The position numbers and the translations under genes are program-made. Below, one piece after another: positions 1 to 9,252 of a stretch of DNA of 64,000 nt. Origin of the DNA: an uncultured delta proteobacterium (GTDB taxonomy: Bacteria > Myxococcota_A > UBA9160 > SMWR01); NCBI GenBank assembly GCA_963832165.1, contig CAWHTE010000001.1:640001-704000 (forward strand), in the 5' to 3' direction. Below the pieces are notes generated by a model. It did no database searches and was not told where the DNA came from. It saw only the letters and a program-made list of their open reading frames with translations. Numbering within the stretch: the stretch's first letter is position 1; each line of letters starts with the position of its first letter.

Positions 1-93
1 GATTTCGAGCGGTACGGACGTCCTGCAGACACGACGCGGCGTCGCCATCGGGGCGCGATTCTACTACTGTGCGCAGCCTCGCCGGAGGAACTC

Positions 94-615
94 ATGCGCC
101 TTGCACTCGTGCTTTCACTCGCGCTCGTCGCGTTCGGCTGCTCTGGAGGCAGCGAGGATTCGCAGTCGGCGGGTGAGCCGCCCGCCGCCGCGCCCGAAGC
201 GAGCCCGGCCCCGTCCGAGGCCCCGCCCGAAGCGAGCCCGGCCGCGCCCGAAGCGGCGCCCGCGGCACCCGGAAGCGTCGGCGAGACGATCACGCTGCCG
301 AGCGGCGTGAAGATCACCCACCGCGTGTTCGGCTCCGGGCGGAACCCGGCCGCGACCGACCGCGTCACGGTCCACTACCACGGCACGTTCACGGACGGAA
401 AGGTGTTCGACAGCAACGTCGGCGGCACGCCCGCCACCTTCCCGCTCAACCGCGTGATCGCGTGCTGGACCGAAGGGGTTCAGCTGATCAAGGAGGGCGG
501 CAAGGCCCAGCTCACCTGCCCGCCGGAGACCGCCTACGGTGAGCGCGGGCAGCCGCCCGTGATCCCGCCCAACGCCACGCTCCAGTTCGAGGTCGAGCTG
601 GTCAAGGTCATGTAG
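94..615 (+). CDS. FKBP-type peptidyl-prolyl cis-trans isomerase, probable lipoprotein
   Basis: Lipobox-like VAFGC, Pro/Ala linker with repeated PEASPA, FKBP motifs VTVHYHG, GKVFDS, VIACWTEG, AYG, IPPNATLQFEVEL; GGAGG RBS upstream. Confidence 0.95.
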   Translation: MRLALVLSLALVAFGCSGGSEDSQSAGEPPAAAPEASPAPSEAPPEASPAAPEAAPAAPGSVGETITLPSGVKITHRVFGSGRNPAATDRVTVHYHGTFTDGKVFDSNVGGTPATFPLNRVIACWTEGVQLIKEGGKAQLTCPPETAYGERGQPPVIPPNATLQFEVELVKVM

Positions 616-662
616 CCCTGCCCGAGGTCGTCCCGCGCAGGAAGATACATACAAGTATATTC

Positions 663-691
663 TTGCAATCTGGTGTAAGGACGATTAGCCT
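663..691 (+). promoter_or_regulatory. sigma70-type promoter, probably giving a leaderless tetR mRNA
   Basis: TTGCAA-N17-TAGCCT with the GTG start 7 nt after the -10 box and no RBS; AT-rich imperfect palindrome at about 642-664 may be the TetR operator. Confidence 0.5.
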
Positions 692-697
692 GGGCTC

Positions 698-1318
698 GTG
701 AGCCAGGCCCCGGATGTCTCCCGACGCGAGCGGCGCAAGCTCGAAGTGCGCGCGCGCATCGTCGCTGCAGGCCTCGAGTTGTTCCGCGCGCGCGGCTTCG
801 CGGATACCAAGGTTTCCGAGATCTGCGACCGCGCCGACGTCGCGCACAAGACCTTCTTCAATCACTTCCCGTCGAAGCAGGAGCTCGTGCGCGAGATCGC
901 GCAGCACTCGATCGGGGAGCTCCTGATCGACATCGAGACGGCGCGCAAGGCGGGTGTGAACACGGCGGATCGGCTCGCGCGGTTCTTCGCGGGCATGGCG
1001 CAGCGCAGCCTCGAGGCCGGGCCGATGTTCCGCGAGGTCGTCACCGAGCTCGTGCACGTGGTGCACGAGTCGGCGTCGCGCTCCGAGCAGGCGCGCCGGC
1101 TCCACGACGCGTTCGGCGCGATCGTGGCCGACGGACTCGCGGCCGGCGACGTCACGCGCCGCCACGGCGCGGAGACGCTCACCGAGATGATCATGGGCGC
1201 CTACTACGTGCTCATCTTCAACTACGCCAACCTCGACGACTTCCCGCTCGCAGACCAGGCGGCGGCGGTGGCGCGCTTCCTCGGCGATGCGCTGGCTCCG
1301 TCCGCCGTAGAGGAGTAG
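698..1318 (+). CDS. TetR/AcrR family transcriptional regulator
   Basis: N-terminal HTH RGFADTKVSEICDRADVAHKTFFNHFPSK. Confidence 0.93.
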   Translation: MSQAPDVSRRERRKLEVRARIVAAGLELFRARGFADTKVSEICDRADVAHKTFFNHFPSKQELVREIAQHSIGELLIDIETARKAGVNTADRLARFFAGMAQRSLEAGPMFREVVTELVHVVHESASRSEQARRLHDAFGAIVADGLAAGDVTRRHGAETLTEMIMGAYYVLIFNYANLDDFPLADQAAAVARFLGDALAPSAVEE

Positions 1319-1320
1319 TC

Positions 1321-2298
1321 ATGGCTCGACGCGAAGACCACCACGATCCGCTTCCGATTCCGAACGGCTGGTTCGCAGTTGCGTGGAGCCGCGAGCTGCA
1401 CGCGGGCGACGTGCGGCCGATCCACTACTTCGGCCAGGACATGGTGCTGTTCCGCACGCGCTCGGGTCAGGCGCGCTTGCTCGACGCGTTCTGTCCCCAC
1501 CTGGGCGCCCACATCGGCTACGGCGGCCGCGTGATGGGCGAGACCGTGCGTTGCCCGTTCCACGGCTGGCAGTTCGACGGGACGAACGGTGGCTGCGTGC
1601 ACATCCCCTACTGCGAGAAGATTCCGCCGCGCGCGCAGCTGCGCTCGTGGGACGTGCAGGAGAAGAACGGCATGGTGTTCGTGTGGCACCACGCCGAGGC
1701 CAAGCCGCCCGACTGGGACTTCCCCGTGCTGCCCGAGATCGGACACGACGACTGGTCCGAGCCGCGCACGTTCGAGCTCGAGATGGAGGCGTACGTCCAG
1801 GACACCCACGAGAACAACAACGACCCGGTGCACTTCCAGTACGTGCACGGGATGATGGCGACGCCGCCCTCGGAGATCCGCTACAGCGAGGACAGCACGC
1901 ACTATCGGATCACGAGCACGAGCGAGCAGGTGACGCCGCTCGGCACGTTCCAGATGACGCTCGTGCGCGACTCGTGGGGGCTCGGACTCACGGCGGTGAG
2001 CAGCGTCGGCATTCCCGATGCGGGCCTGCTCATGTACTCGTCGACCACGCCGATCGACGAGACGCGCGTGCACTCGCGCTGGCTGCTCACCGCGACCAAC
2101 AACCTCGTCGACATCGCGGGCGAGGAGTTCATGAAGGGCCTCACGCAGGGCGTGCAGCAGGACATGCCGATCTGGCGCAACAAGGTGCACCGCGCGCGCC
2201 CCGTGCTATGCGAGGCTGACACCTTCCTGGCCGAGTTCCGGAAGTGGGCGCGCCAGTTCTATTGCCAGCCGCCCGCGAGCGAAGGATCGCCGCGGTGA
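1321..2298 (+). CDS. Rieske 2Fe-2S oxygenase, KshA (3-ketosteroid 9-alpha-hydroxylase)-like
   Basis: Rieske CPHLGAH...CPFHGW; mononuclear iron motif DPVHFQYVH; C-terminal QDMPIWRNK...PVLCEAD. Confidence 0.88.
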   Translation: MARREDHHDPLPIPNGWFAVAWSRELHAGDVRPIHYFGQDMVLFRTRSGQARLLDAFCPHLGAHIGYGGRVMGETVRCPFHGWQFDGTNGGCVHIPYCEKIPPRAQLRSWDVQEKNGMVFVWHHAEAKPPDWDFPVLPEIGHDDWSEPRTFELEMEAYVQDTHENNNDPVHFQYVHGMMATPPSEIRYSEDSTHYRITSTSEQVTPLGTFQMTLVRDSWGLGLTAVSSVGIPDAGLLMYSSTTPIDETRVHSRWLLTATNNLVDIAGEEFMKGLTQGVQQDMPIWRNKVHRARPVLCEADTFLAEFRKWARQFYCQPPASEGSPR

Positions 2299-3536
2299 GC
2301 GAGCGCTATCTCGTGATCTCGTCCGACGGGCACGCGGGCCTGCCGCCCGAGCGCTACAAGGACTACCTCGAGAAGAAGTACCACGCCGCGTTCGACGCGG
2401 CGCTGCCGATCCAGATCGCGATGACGAAGGCCGCGGAGCAGCGGTTCTTGATCGCGGACATCAACGCGGAGTGGCGGCTCGGCCGCGAGCGCGCGCTCTC
2501 GGGCGCATGGGATTCCGACGCGCGTCTCGCCGTGATCGACGGCGACGGCGTCGCGGGTGAGATCCTGTTCCCGGACGGGATCACCGAGATGAACGCGCCG
2601 CCGTTCGGCGGCGGCTTCTCGATGCCGGCCGAAGGCGTCGTGCCCGAGCTGCAGTGGGCGGGTTGTCGCGCACACAACCGCTGGATGTCCGAGTTCGTGT
2701 CGATGGCTCCCGAGCGGCGCGTCGGACTCGCGTGCGTGCCCGTGTTCTGGGAGGTCGCGGACGCGGTCGCCGAGATCCGCTGGGCGAAGGAGCACGGCCT
2801 CGGCGGATTGATCTTCCCCGTGCAGTGGGGCTCGCGTCCGCCCTATCACCACCCGCGCTACGACCCGATCTGGGCCGTGTGCGAGGAGCTGGGCCTGCCG
2901 ATCCACTTCCACTCGGGGCCCGCGCCCGTGCAGGACTACTTCGGCCCGATTCCCGCACAGCCCGGCCAGCCCGAGCTGCCCGGCGCGATGGGGATCTACG
3001 TCTCCGAAGTGGTGATGTGGAACGTGCGGCCGCTCACGTTCCTGATCTGGGGCGGCGTCTTCGAGCGCTTCCCGAAGCTCAAGGTCGCGATCACCGAGGG
3101 CACGACGGTCTGGGTGCCGGAGTATCTGACGCTGCTCGACTTCCGCTACGCGGAGAGCCACTACGCGCAGAAGCTCGGCGACTATCGCAGCCACCTCACG
3201 ATGAAGCCGTCCGAGTATTTCGCGCGCAACGTGCGGCTCGGCGCGTCGTGCATGCCGCGCCGCGAGGCGATGCTGCGCCACGAGATCGGGATCGCGCAGA
3301 TCATGTGGGGCAGCGACTTCCCGCATCCGGAAGGCAGCTGGCCCGTGACGCGCGAGCAGATGATCGAGACGTTCCGCGGGCTCCCCGACGCCGAGATCGC
3401 GGCGATGCTCGGCGGCAACGCCGTGGAGTTCTACGGCTTCGACGCCGAGAAGCTCGCGCCGATCGCGGCCCGGATCGGGCCGCGCAGGAGCGATTTCCAG
3501 ACCTCGAATTCCGCCACCCAGGAGGCCTCCGCATGA
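2295..3536 (+). CDS. Amidohydrolase family protein (Amidohydro_2)
   Basis: ISSDGH, PIHFH, GVFERFPKLK, MWGSDFPHPEG; GTGA overlap with the Rieske stop fixes the start. Confidence 0.9.
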   Translation: MSERYLVISSDGHAGLPPERYKDYLEKKYHAAFDAALPIQIAMTKAAEQRFLIADINAEWRLGRERALSGAWDSDARLAVIDGDGVAGEILFPDGITEMNAPPFGGGFSMPAEGVVPELQWAGCRAHNRWMSEFVSMAPERRVGLACVPVFWEVADAVAEIRWAKEHGLGGLIFPVQWGSRPPYHHPRYDPIWAVCEELGLPIHFHSGPAPVQDYFGPIPAQPGQPELPGAMGIYVSEVVMWNVRPLTFLIWGGVFERFPKLKVAITEGTTVWVPEYLTLLDFRYAESHYAQKLGDYRSHLTMKPSEYFARNVRLGASCMPRREAMLRHEIGIAQIMWGSDFPHPEGSWPVTREQMIETFRGLPDAEIAAMLGGNAVEFYGFDAEKLAPIAARIGPRRSDFQTSNSATQEASA

Positions 3537-4327
3537 CCCGGCTCCGCTACGTGAAGACGCTCGAGCAGGTGAAGAAGGCGCGCGAGAACGACCAGGAGTT
3601 CTTGCAGAGCTCGATGCGCCAGATCCGCGCCGAGTACGAGACCGACGAGAAGATCTACCGCGCGCTCGTGGCGAAGCCGCTGGAGCCGCTCGCGCGGCCG
3701 ACGGTGTGCGTGACGTTCACGGACATCGCGATGCACGTGTCGCCCGAGCGTACGATCACGATCGGTGCGGCGATCTTCGGCGTGAAGGTGGCCTACGACG
3801 GCGTCGAGGGGGTCTCCCTGATCACGATGCCGATGACCACCGAGCAGGCCGTGGTGCCGGGCCGCGAGACCTACGGCGAGGCGAAGAAGATCGCGCAGAT
3901 CGAGCTGCACAAAGACGGCGACCGCGTGCGCGCGTCGGTGTCGCGCATGGGCTTCACCTACCTGTCCGCCGAAGGCGCGATCGGCAAGGAGATCGGCCCG
4001 CGCGAGTTCACGCAGCACGGCTACTGCTTCAAGATGTTCCCGTCGTGCGAGCAACAGAAGCACTTCGACTTCGATCCGCTCCTGATTCGGCTGAACTGGA
4101 TCCAGAAGCACACGGGCTCGTGGGAGCTCGACGGCAAGCTCACGCTCGGCGAGTCGCCGCTCGATCCGGTCGCCGACGTGCCCGTGCGCAAGCTCACGCG
4201 CTTCGAGTACGAGGAGGGGTCCACGCAGAGCAACGGGCGCGTGCTGCGCAGCGTGCCCGAGGAGTGGATGCTGCCGATCCTGCACCAGCGCTACGACGAC
4301 GTGTCGGGCGAAGGGCTCGAGCTCTAA
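3533..4327 (+). CDS. Acetoacetate decarboxylase family protein
   Basis: PGRETYGEAKK motif (Schiff-base Lys region), SPLDPVADVPV; ATGA overlap with upstream stop. Confidence 0.85.
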   Translation: MTRLRYVKTLEQVKKARENDQEFLQSSMRQIRAEYETDEKIYRALVAKPLEPLARPTVCVTFTDIAMHVSPERTITIGAAIFGVKVAYDGVEGVSLITMPMTTEQAVVPGRETYGEAKKIAQIELHKDGDRVRASVSRMGFTYLSAEGAIGKEIGPREFTQHGYCFKMFPSCEQQKHFDFDPLLIRLNWIQKHTGSWELDGKLTLGESPLDPVADVPVRKLTRFEYEEGSTQSNGRVLRSVPEEWMLPILHQRYDDVSGEGLEL

Positions 4328-4328
4328 C

Positions 4329-5210
4329 GTGCGCGAGTTCAAGGGCCGCGTGGCGGTGGTGACGGGTGGCGCGAGCGGAATCGGCCGCGCGATGGCCGGT
4401 GCGTTCGCGCGCGAAGGCATGAAGGTGGTGCTCGCCGACGTCGAGTCGCGCGCGCTCGAGAAGACGTCGGGCGAACTGCGCGCGCTCGGCGCGGAGGTGC
4501 AGAGCGTCGTCACCGACGTCTCGAAGGGCGACGCGGTGCAGACGCTCGCCGACCGCGTGTTCTCGAGCTGGGGCGCGTGCCACATCCTGTGCAACAACGC
4601 GGGCGTGGGCGCGCCGTCGGCGCCGGTCTGGGAGACCACGCCCAACGACTGGGCGTGGATCTACGGCGTGAACGTGATGGGCGTCGTGCACGGCATCCAC
4701 GCGTTCGTTCCGCGCATGCTCGCGTCGGGCGAAGAGGGGCTCGTGATCAACACGTCGTCGGGCGACGGCGGGATCGAGCCGCTGCCCGACCAGGCCGTCT
4801 ACGCGTCGAGCAAGGCCGCCGTGTCGATCATCACCGAGTGCCTCGGCGCACAGCTCGCGGCGCAGAGCGATCTCGTGCGCGCGATGGTGTTCTACCCGTC
4901 GGGCGGGCTGCTCGACACCGGGATCTGGAGCTGCGATCGCAACCGGCCCGCCGAGCTCGCGCGCGAGGTGCCCGTGGCGGGCGAGCCGCAGACGCTCGAG
5001 AAGTTCCGTGCGATGGCCCAGAAGGCCGGCATGGACCTGCCCGTGCAGGACCTCGACGAGCTGGCCCAGCATCTGCTCGGTGACATCCGCGCGGGCCGCT
5101 TCGTATCGATGATCGGCCGCGAGCACGCGGGGCAGACGCTCGAGCAGCGCGCAAAGCGGATCGGCGCGGGTGAGCTGCCGCAGGCGCCGAGCCGCGGGAT
5201 GATGATCTGA
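4329..5210 (+). CDS. SDR family oxidoreductase
   Basis: TGGASGIG, CNNAG, YASSK. Confidence 0.93.
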   Translation: MREFKGRVAVVTGGASGIGRAMAGAFAREGMKVVLADVESRALEKTSGELRALGAEVQSVVTDVSKGDAVQTLADRVFSSWGACHILCNNAGVGAPSAPVWETTPNDWAWIYGVNVMGVVHGIHAFVPRMLASGEEGLVINTSSGDGGIEPLPDQAVYASSKAAVSIITECLGAQLAAQSDLVRAMVFYPSGGLLDTGIWSCDRNRPAELAREVPVAGEPQTLEKFRAMAQKAGMDLPVQDLDELAQHLLGDIRAGRFVSMIGREHAGQTLEQRAKRIGAGELPQAPSRGMMI

Positions 5211-5340
5211 GCCGGGCCGCCACTCCCTGATCCCGGGGGAAAAGTGGGAATTCGTTTCTCCGAGGGAAGCGATTTTCCGGTCTCGCGACCAAGAATGGGC
5301 GTAAGGCGCCGTCTCGTGCCGCCCCGTGCCTTCTCGTGGC

Positions 5341-5355
5341 TGGCATGGGACTTGC
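5341..5355 (+). promoter_or_regulatory. sigma54 (RpoN) -24/-12 promoter
   Basis: TGGCATGGGACTTGC fits TGGCAC-N5-TTGC, about 40 nt upstream of the ATG at 5396. Confidence 0.75.
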
Positions 5356-5395
5356 CTCTCATCTTGCGCAGCGCTGCACTCCTGGGGAGGGATTC

Positions 5396-5890
5396 ATGAA
5401 GTCGATGCTCAGGCTGTTCACGCTCGCGCTGGTCTCGATCGGACTCGCGGCGGGGAGTGCGCACGCGGCGATCCAGCAGTTCACGGTCCCGCTGATCGGG
5501 TCCGAAGAGGTCGCCCCCAACATCGGCGACCCCGACGGATTCGGTACGGCGATCCTGCTGATCGACGACGTCGCGCTCACGATCGACTGGAACATCACCG
5601 TGAACAACATCGACGCGGTGATCGCTGACCACATCCACTCGGGTGCAGCCGGTACGAACGGTCCGGTTGTGGTCGACTTCAGCGGCCAGCTCGTCGGCTC
5701 GGGTCTCGCCGATCCGGATCTGGCGAATGTCCTCGCAAACCCGAGCCTCTTCTACGTGAACGTCCACACCACCGCGCACACGGGTGGCGCGATCCGCGGA
5801 CAGATCCCGGAGCCCGGTCCCGCGCTGCTCGTCGCGATGGGGTTGGTGGGGATCTCGCTGATCCGCCGGCGAGCGCGCACCGCGCGCTAG
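5396..5890 (+). CDS. CHRD-domain secreted protein with PEP-CTERM sorting signal
   Basis: Signal peptide; CHRD motifs HIHSGAAGTNGPV and YVNVHT...GGAIRGQI; C-terminal IPEP, hydrophobic helix and RRRAR tail. Confidence 0.88.
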   Translation: MKSMLRLFTLALVSIGLAAGSAHAAIQQFTVPLIGSEEVAPNIGDPDGFGTAILLIDDVALTIDWNITVNNIDAVIADHIHSGAAGTNGPVVVDFSGQLVGSGLADPDLANVLANPSLFYVNVHTTAHTGGAIRGQIPEPGPALLVAMGLVGISLIRRRARTAR

Positions 5891-6745
5891 TCAAGCTCCG
5901 TGCTTGCCGAGGTGGTCGAGCAATAGCGCTGCGAGGCGCTCCGAGGCGTGCTCGGGGATCCAGTGGTCGATGGATTCGAGGATCTCGAAGCGGTAGTCGC
6001 CTAGCACGTAGTCGCGCGTCCACTCCGCGGCTTCGCGGCCGAGCGCGAGGTCGGCCGTGCTCCAGACGTAGAGCGTCGGCACGCGGACCGGCGCGCCGTT
6101 CGGGTCGGCCGGATCCCCCGCGCGGTACCAGTTCAGGAACGCCGTGAGCACCGCGCGGTCGGAGAATGCGGCCACGCACGGCTGCGCCTCCTCCTCGCTG
6201 AGCCCGGCCGCCGCGTAGATCGCGCGCAGTCCCTCGACGCCGCCTCCGAGCCACATGTCCTCGCCCGCGCCCTCGGTGCGGAAGATCGCCATGTAGGCGG
6301 AGCGCTGCGCCTGGTCCGTCGACGGATCGTCGATCGCCCGCCGGAACGCGAGCGGGTGGGGCGTGGAAGCGACGCCGAGCGAGAGGAGCCGCTCCGGGTG
6401 GCGCGCGGCCACCTGCCAGGCCAGTGCGCCGCCCCAGTCGTGCCCGACGAGATGGAACCGCTGCGCACCGAGCGCATCGGCGATGCCGAGCACATCGGAG
6501 ACGAGCGGCTCGGTCGCGTAGGCATCGCGCTCCGCGGGCCGGGCACCCGGTGAGACGCCGCGCAGGTTCGGCGCGACGCAGCGGTAGCCCGCGCGCGCGA
6601 GCGGCGCCACGACCCGCCGCCACGAATGCGCAGTCTGCGGAAAGCCGTGCAAGAGCAGCACCCGATCGCCGCTCTCGGGTCCCGCGCACAGGGCGTCGAA
6701 GTGCCAGCCGTTCGCGGCGAGCCGTGTGGTATCGATCGGCCCCAG
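5891..6745 (-). CDS. Alpha/beta hydrolase (epoxide hydrolase-like); probable CTG start
   Basis: LLHGFPQ, VGHDWGG, HWIPE. The frame stays open upstream of 6661 with the expected N-terminal strands (ANGWHFDALCAGP); CTG at 6745 follows GGAG. Confidence 0.88.
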   Translation of the reverse strand: MGPIDTTRLAANGWHFDALCAGPESGDRVLLLHGFPQTAHSWRRVVAPLARAGYRCVAPNLRGVSPGARPAERDAYATEPLVSDVLGIADALGAQRFHLVGHDWGGALAWQVAARHPERLLSLGVASTPHPLAFRRAIDDPSTDQAQRSAYMAIFRTEGAGEDMWLGGGVEGLRAIYAAAGLSEEEAQPCVAAFSDRAVLTAFLNWYRAGDPADPNGAPVRVPTLYVWSTADLALGREAAEWTRDYVLGDYRFEILESIDHWIPEHASERLAALLLDHLGKHGA

Positions 6746-6750
6746 GGCGG

Positions 6751-7251
6751 CTACTCCGCGAGCGCCGCGTCGATCGCGCTGCGCAGCGCCGGGTCGCTCG
6801 GCTCGACGCGCGGGTTGAAGCGCGCCTGGATCGTTCCGTCGCGGCCGACCACGAACTTGGCGAAGTTCCAGACGATGTCGCCCGGGCCGTCCGGCTGCGT
6901 GGACTCACCGGTGAGCCACGCGTAGAGCGGCGCGCGCTTCGCGCCATTCACGTCGATCTTCGAGAACATCGGGAAGCTCACGCCGTAGGTGGTGGCGCAG
7001 AATGACTTCACGTCGGCGTTGCTGCCGGGCTCCTGACCGCCGAACTGATTGCACGGAAAGCCGAGCACCGCGAAGCCGCGGCCCTTCTTCTCTTCGTAGA
7101 GCGTCTGGAGCCCCTGGTAGTGCGGCGTGAGTCCGCACTTCGATGCCACGTTCACCACGAGCAGCACCTGGCCCTTGAAATCGGCGAGCTTCTTCTGCGC
7201 GCCGTCGATCGTCTCGAGCTCGAAATCGTGAATCGTCGTCGCGTTCGACAT
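6751..7251 (-). CDS. Glutathione peroxidase (Cys type)
   Basis: NVASKCG, GFPCNQFGGQEPG, WNFAKF. Confidence 0.96.
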   Translation of the reverse strand: MSNATTIHDFELETIDGAQKKLADFKGQVLLVVNVASKCGLTPHYQGLQTLYEEKKGRGFAVLGFPCNQFGGQEPGSNADVKSFCATTYGVSFPMFSKIDVNGAKRAPLYAWLTGESTQPDGPGDIVWNFAKFVVGRDGTIQARFNPRVEPSDPALRSAIDAALAE

Positions 7252-7403
7252 GGACCGTACCTCCGCGGACCGCGAACATACCGCGCTGTCCGCGCTGCCG
7301 GAGCCGGCGCATCACGTTGCCAGAGTTCGCTATTTCGTGACATGATCCGGTGACGCAGCCGCTGTAGCCGTACCGTCAGCTCGCGCACCTCCGGAGATCC
7401 CCC

Positions 7404-8876
7404 ATGTCGACGCTGCTCCGCACGTCCTTTCGCTCTAGCATCGCCCTCTGGCTCGTGGCCGCTCTGGTCACCGCGCTCGCGGGCTGCGGCAGCAGCAGCA
7501 CCACCGTCGCCACGAACACCGGGACGGGCACGGTCGTGGTGGTCGTGGCGGATGCCGCGACCGAGGAGTTCGCACAGATCTGGCTCACCGTGACGAAGGT
7601 CGAGCTGATCGGCGCGCAGGGTCACTTCACGCTCTTCGAGGGCCGGCGCGAGCTCGATCTGCTCTCGATGCGCGACGACGCGCGACTGCTCTCGCTCGGG
7701 CGCGATGTGCCGGCCGGCGATTGGTCGAAGATCCGCCTGCACGTCGAGGACGTCGAGCTGATCCGGCTCGTCGACGAGGATGACGCGGACACGGTCGTGG
7801 ACTGCCCCGAAGACGTGGTGCCCGATCCGGGCTTCGTCTGCGAGTCGATCACGCCGCATGTCGGCGGCAACGGCAAGATCGATCTCAATCCGCGCGGGCC
7901 GATCACCGTGCGCGCGGGCGAGCTCTTGTTCGTTCAGCTCGATCTCGACGCGCAGAAGTCGATCCACATCGTGGAGACCGGCAGCGAGCGCTTCGTGTTC
8001 CGGCCGCTCGTGTTCGTCGATCTGTTCGCGGTGAGCCCGGATCGCCTGGTGCGGATCGAAGGCACGATCGAGGAGATCGATCTCGCCGCGCAGAAGCTGC
8101 TCGTGTGCGGCACGCACCGCGTGTTCCGCGCGGGAGCGCGCCAGGACACGGGTGCGCGCAGCCGCTGCGTCGACGTCCGCGTCGGCCCCGACACGTCGAT
8201 CTTCGACGCCGACGGCGATCCCGCTGCGCTCGCCGATCTCGCGCCGGGCGACGAGATCGCCGCGCTCGGCCGATTCCGCGTCGACACGGGCGAGACGCTC
8301 GTGTTCGACGCGCTGTGGATCCAACAGGGCGGGTTCGACGCGGGCGTCGCGGTGACGGGAACGGTCCTCACCGCGGTGTCGGGTGACGAGTTCACGATCG
8401 CGCCCGACCCCGGCGGTCCGATCTCGTCCGACGAGCTCGACGTGCGCCTGCTCGCCGGGGCCAAGCTGTTCAACCGCGCGGGCGAGTCGCTCTCGCCGGC
8501 CGCCCTGCAGCCCGGGCTGCGCGTGCGCGCGTTCGGCACGCTCGCAGGCACGGAAACACGCCTCGACGCGAGCCTCGTGTTCGTGCGCGAGCGCGCCGAC
8601 CTCGCGCGGCTGCACGGCGAGGTGACGCAGCCGTTCGACTCCGCGGACGGCACACTCGTGATCCAGGCCGTGACCGACACCCAGGTGGGGCCGGAGTGCG
8701 TGGCGCTCGAATCGGGTGACGGCGTGTTCCGGATCACCGACTCGGGCGAGCTCCAGCTCGCGGAGCGCATCGAGGCGTCGGACCTGCGCGTGGGCGATGA
8801 AGTGGACGTGTTCGGGCAGCCTGCGGATCCGTGCTTCGACGCCGACACGCTGATCTCGTTCGGCGCAGGCGGCTAG
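7404..8876 (+). CDS. Lipoprotein with DUF4382-like N-terminal domain and DUF5666-like repeats
   Basis: Lipobox LAGC; LDLLSM...KIRL...LDLDAQKSI...FRP; three segments ending in LAPGDEI, LQPGLRV, LRVGDEV. Confidence 0.7.
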   Translation: MSTLLRTSFRSSIALWLVAALVTALAGCGSSSTTVATNTGTGTVVVVVADAATEEFAQIWLTVTKVELIGAQGHFTLFEGRRELDLLSMRDDARLLSLGRDVPAGDWSKIRLHVEDVELIRLVDEDDADTVVDCPEDVVPDPGFVCESITPHVGGNGKIDLNPRGPITVRAGELLFVQLDLDAQKSIHIVETGSERFVFRPLVFVDLFAVSPDRLVRIEGTIEEIDLAAQKLLVCGTHRVFRAGARQDTGARSRCVDVRVGPDTSIFDADGDPAALADLAPGDEIAALGRFRVDTGETLVFDALWIQQGGFDAGVAVTGTVLTAVSGDEFTIAPDPGGPISSDELDVRLLAGAKLFNRAGESLSPAALQPGLRVRAFGTLAGTETRLDASLVFVRERADLARLHGEVTQPFDSADGTLVIQAVTDTQVGPECVALESGDGVFRITDSGELQLAERIEASDLRVGDEVDVFGQPADPCFDADTLISFGAGG

Positions 8877-9247
8877 TGCAGGGCGTGCGGGCCGTGCTCC
8901 GTCGTGTCGCGCTGACCGGGCTCGCGCTGCTCGCCGCGGTCCCGGCGCTCGCGGGTGAGATCTCCGGGAGCGAGCTGGCGACCCTCGCGCGCTGCATCTC
9001 CGAGAGCGGCGCCCTGTTCTACGGTGCGCACTGGTGTCCCTATTGCCGCGTGCAGAAGGAGTACTTCGGCGCGTCCGCCGACCTGCTTCCCTACGTCGAA
9101 TGCTACGACGGTCGCAAGGCGGACGGGATCAACGCGCTGTGCGGCGACGAGGGCATCAAGACGTTCCCGACCTGGAGATTCCCCGATGGTCGCGTTGTGA
9201 CCGGTGCCCGCTCACCGAGCCAGCTCGCCGCCGACTCGGGCTGCTGA
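8876..9247 (+). CDS. Exported thioredoxin-like protein (resembles the VKOR-associated Trx domain)
   Basis: Signal peptide; FYGAHWCPYC, YVEC, GIKTFPTW; start could be GTG 8876, 8885 or 8894. Confidence 0.8.
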   Translation: MQGVRAVLRRVALTGLALLAAVPALAGEISGSELATLARCISESGALFYGAHWCPYCRVQKEYFGASADLLPYVECYDGRKADGINALCGDEGIKTFPTWRFPDGRVVTGARSPSQLAADSGC

Positions 9248-9252
9248 GATCG

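Noticed and set aside
180..270. Short direct repeat GCCCGAAGCGAGCCCGGCC in the FKBP gene
   Set aside because: Encodes a Pro/Ala low-complexity linker; not an array
7120..7150. Possible selenocysteine in glutathione peroxidase
   Set aside because: Active-site codon is TGC (Cys), not TGA
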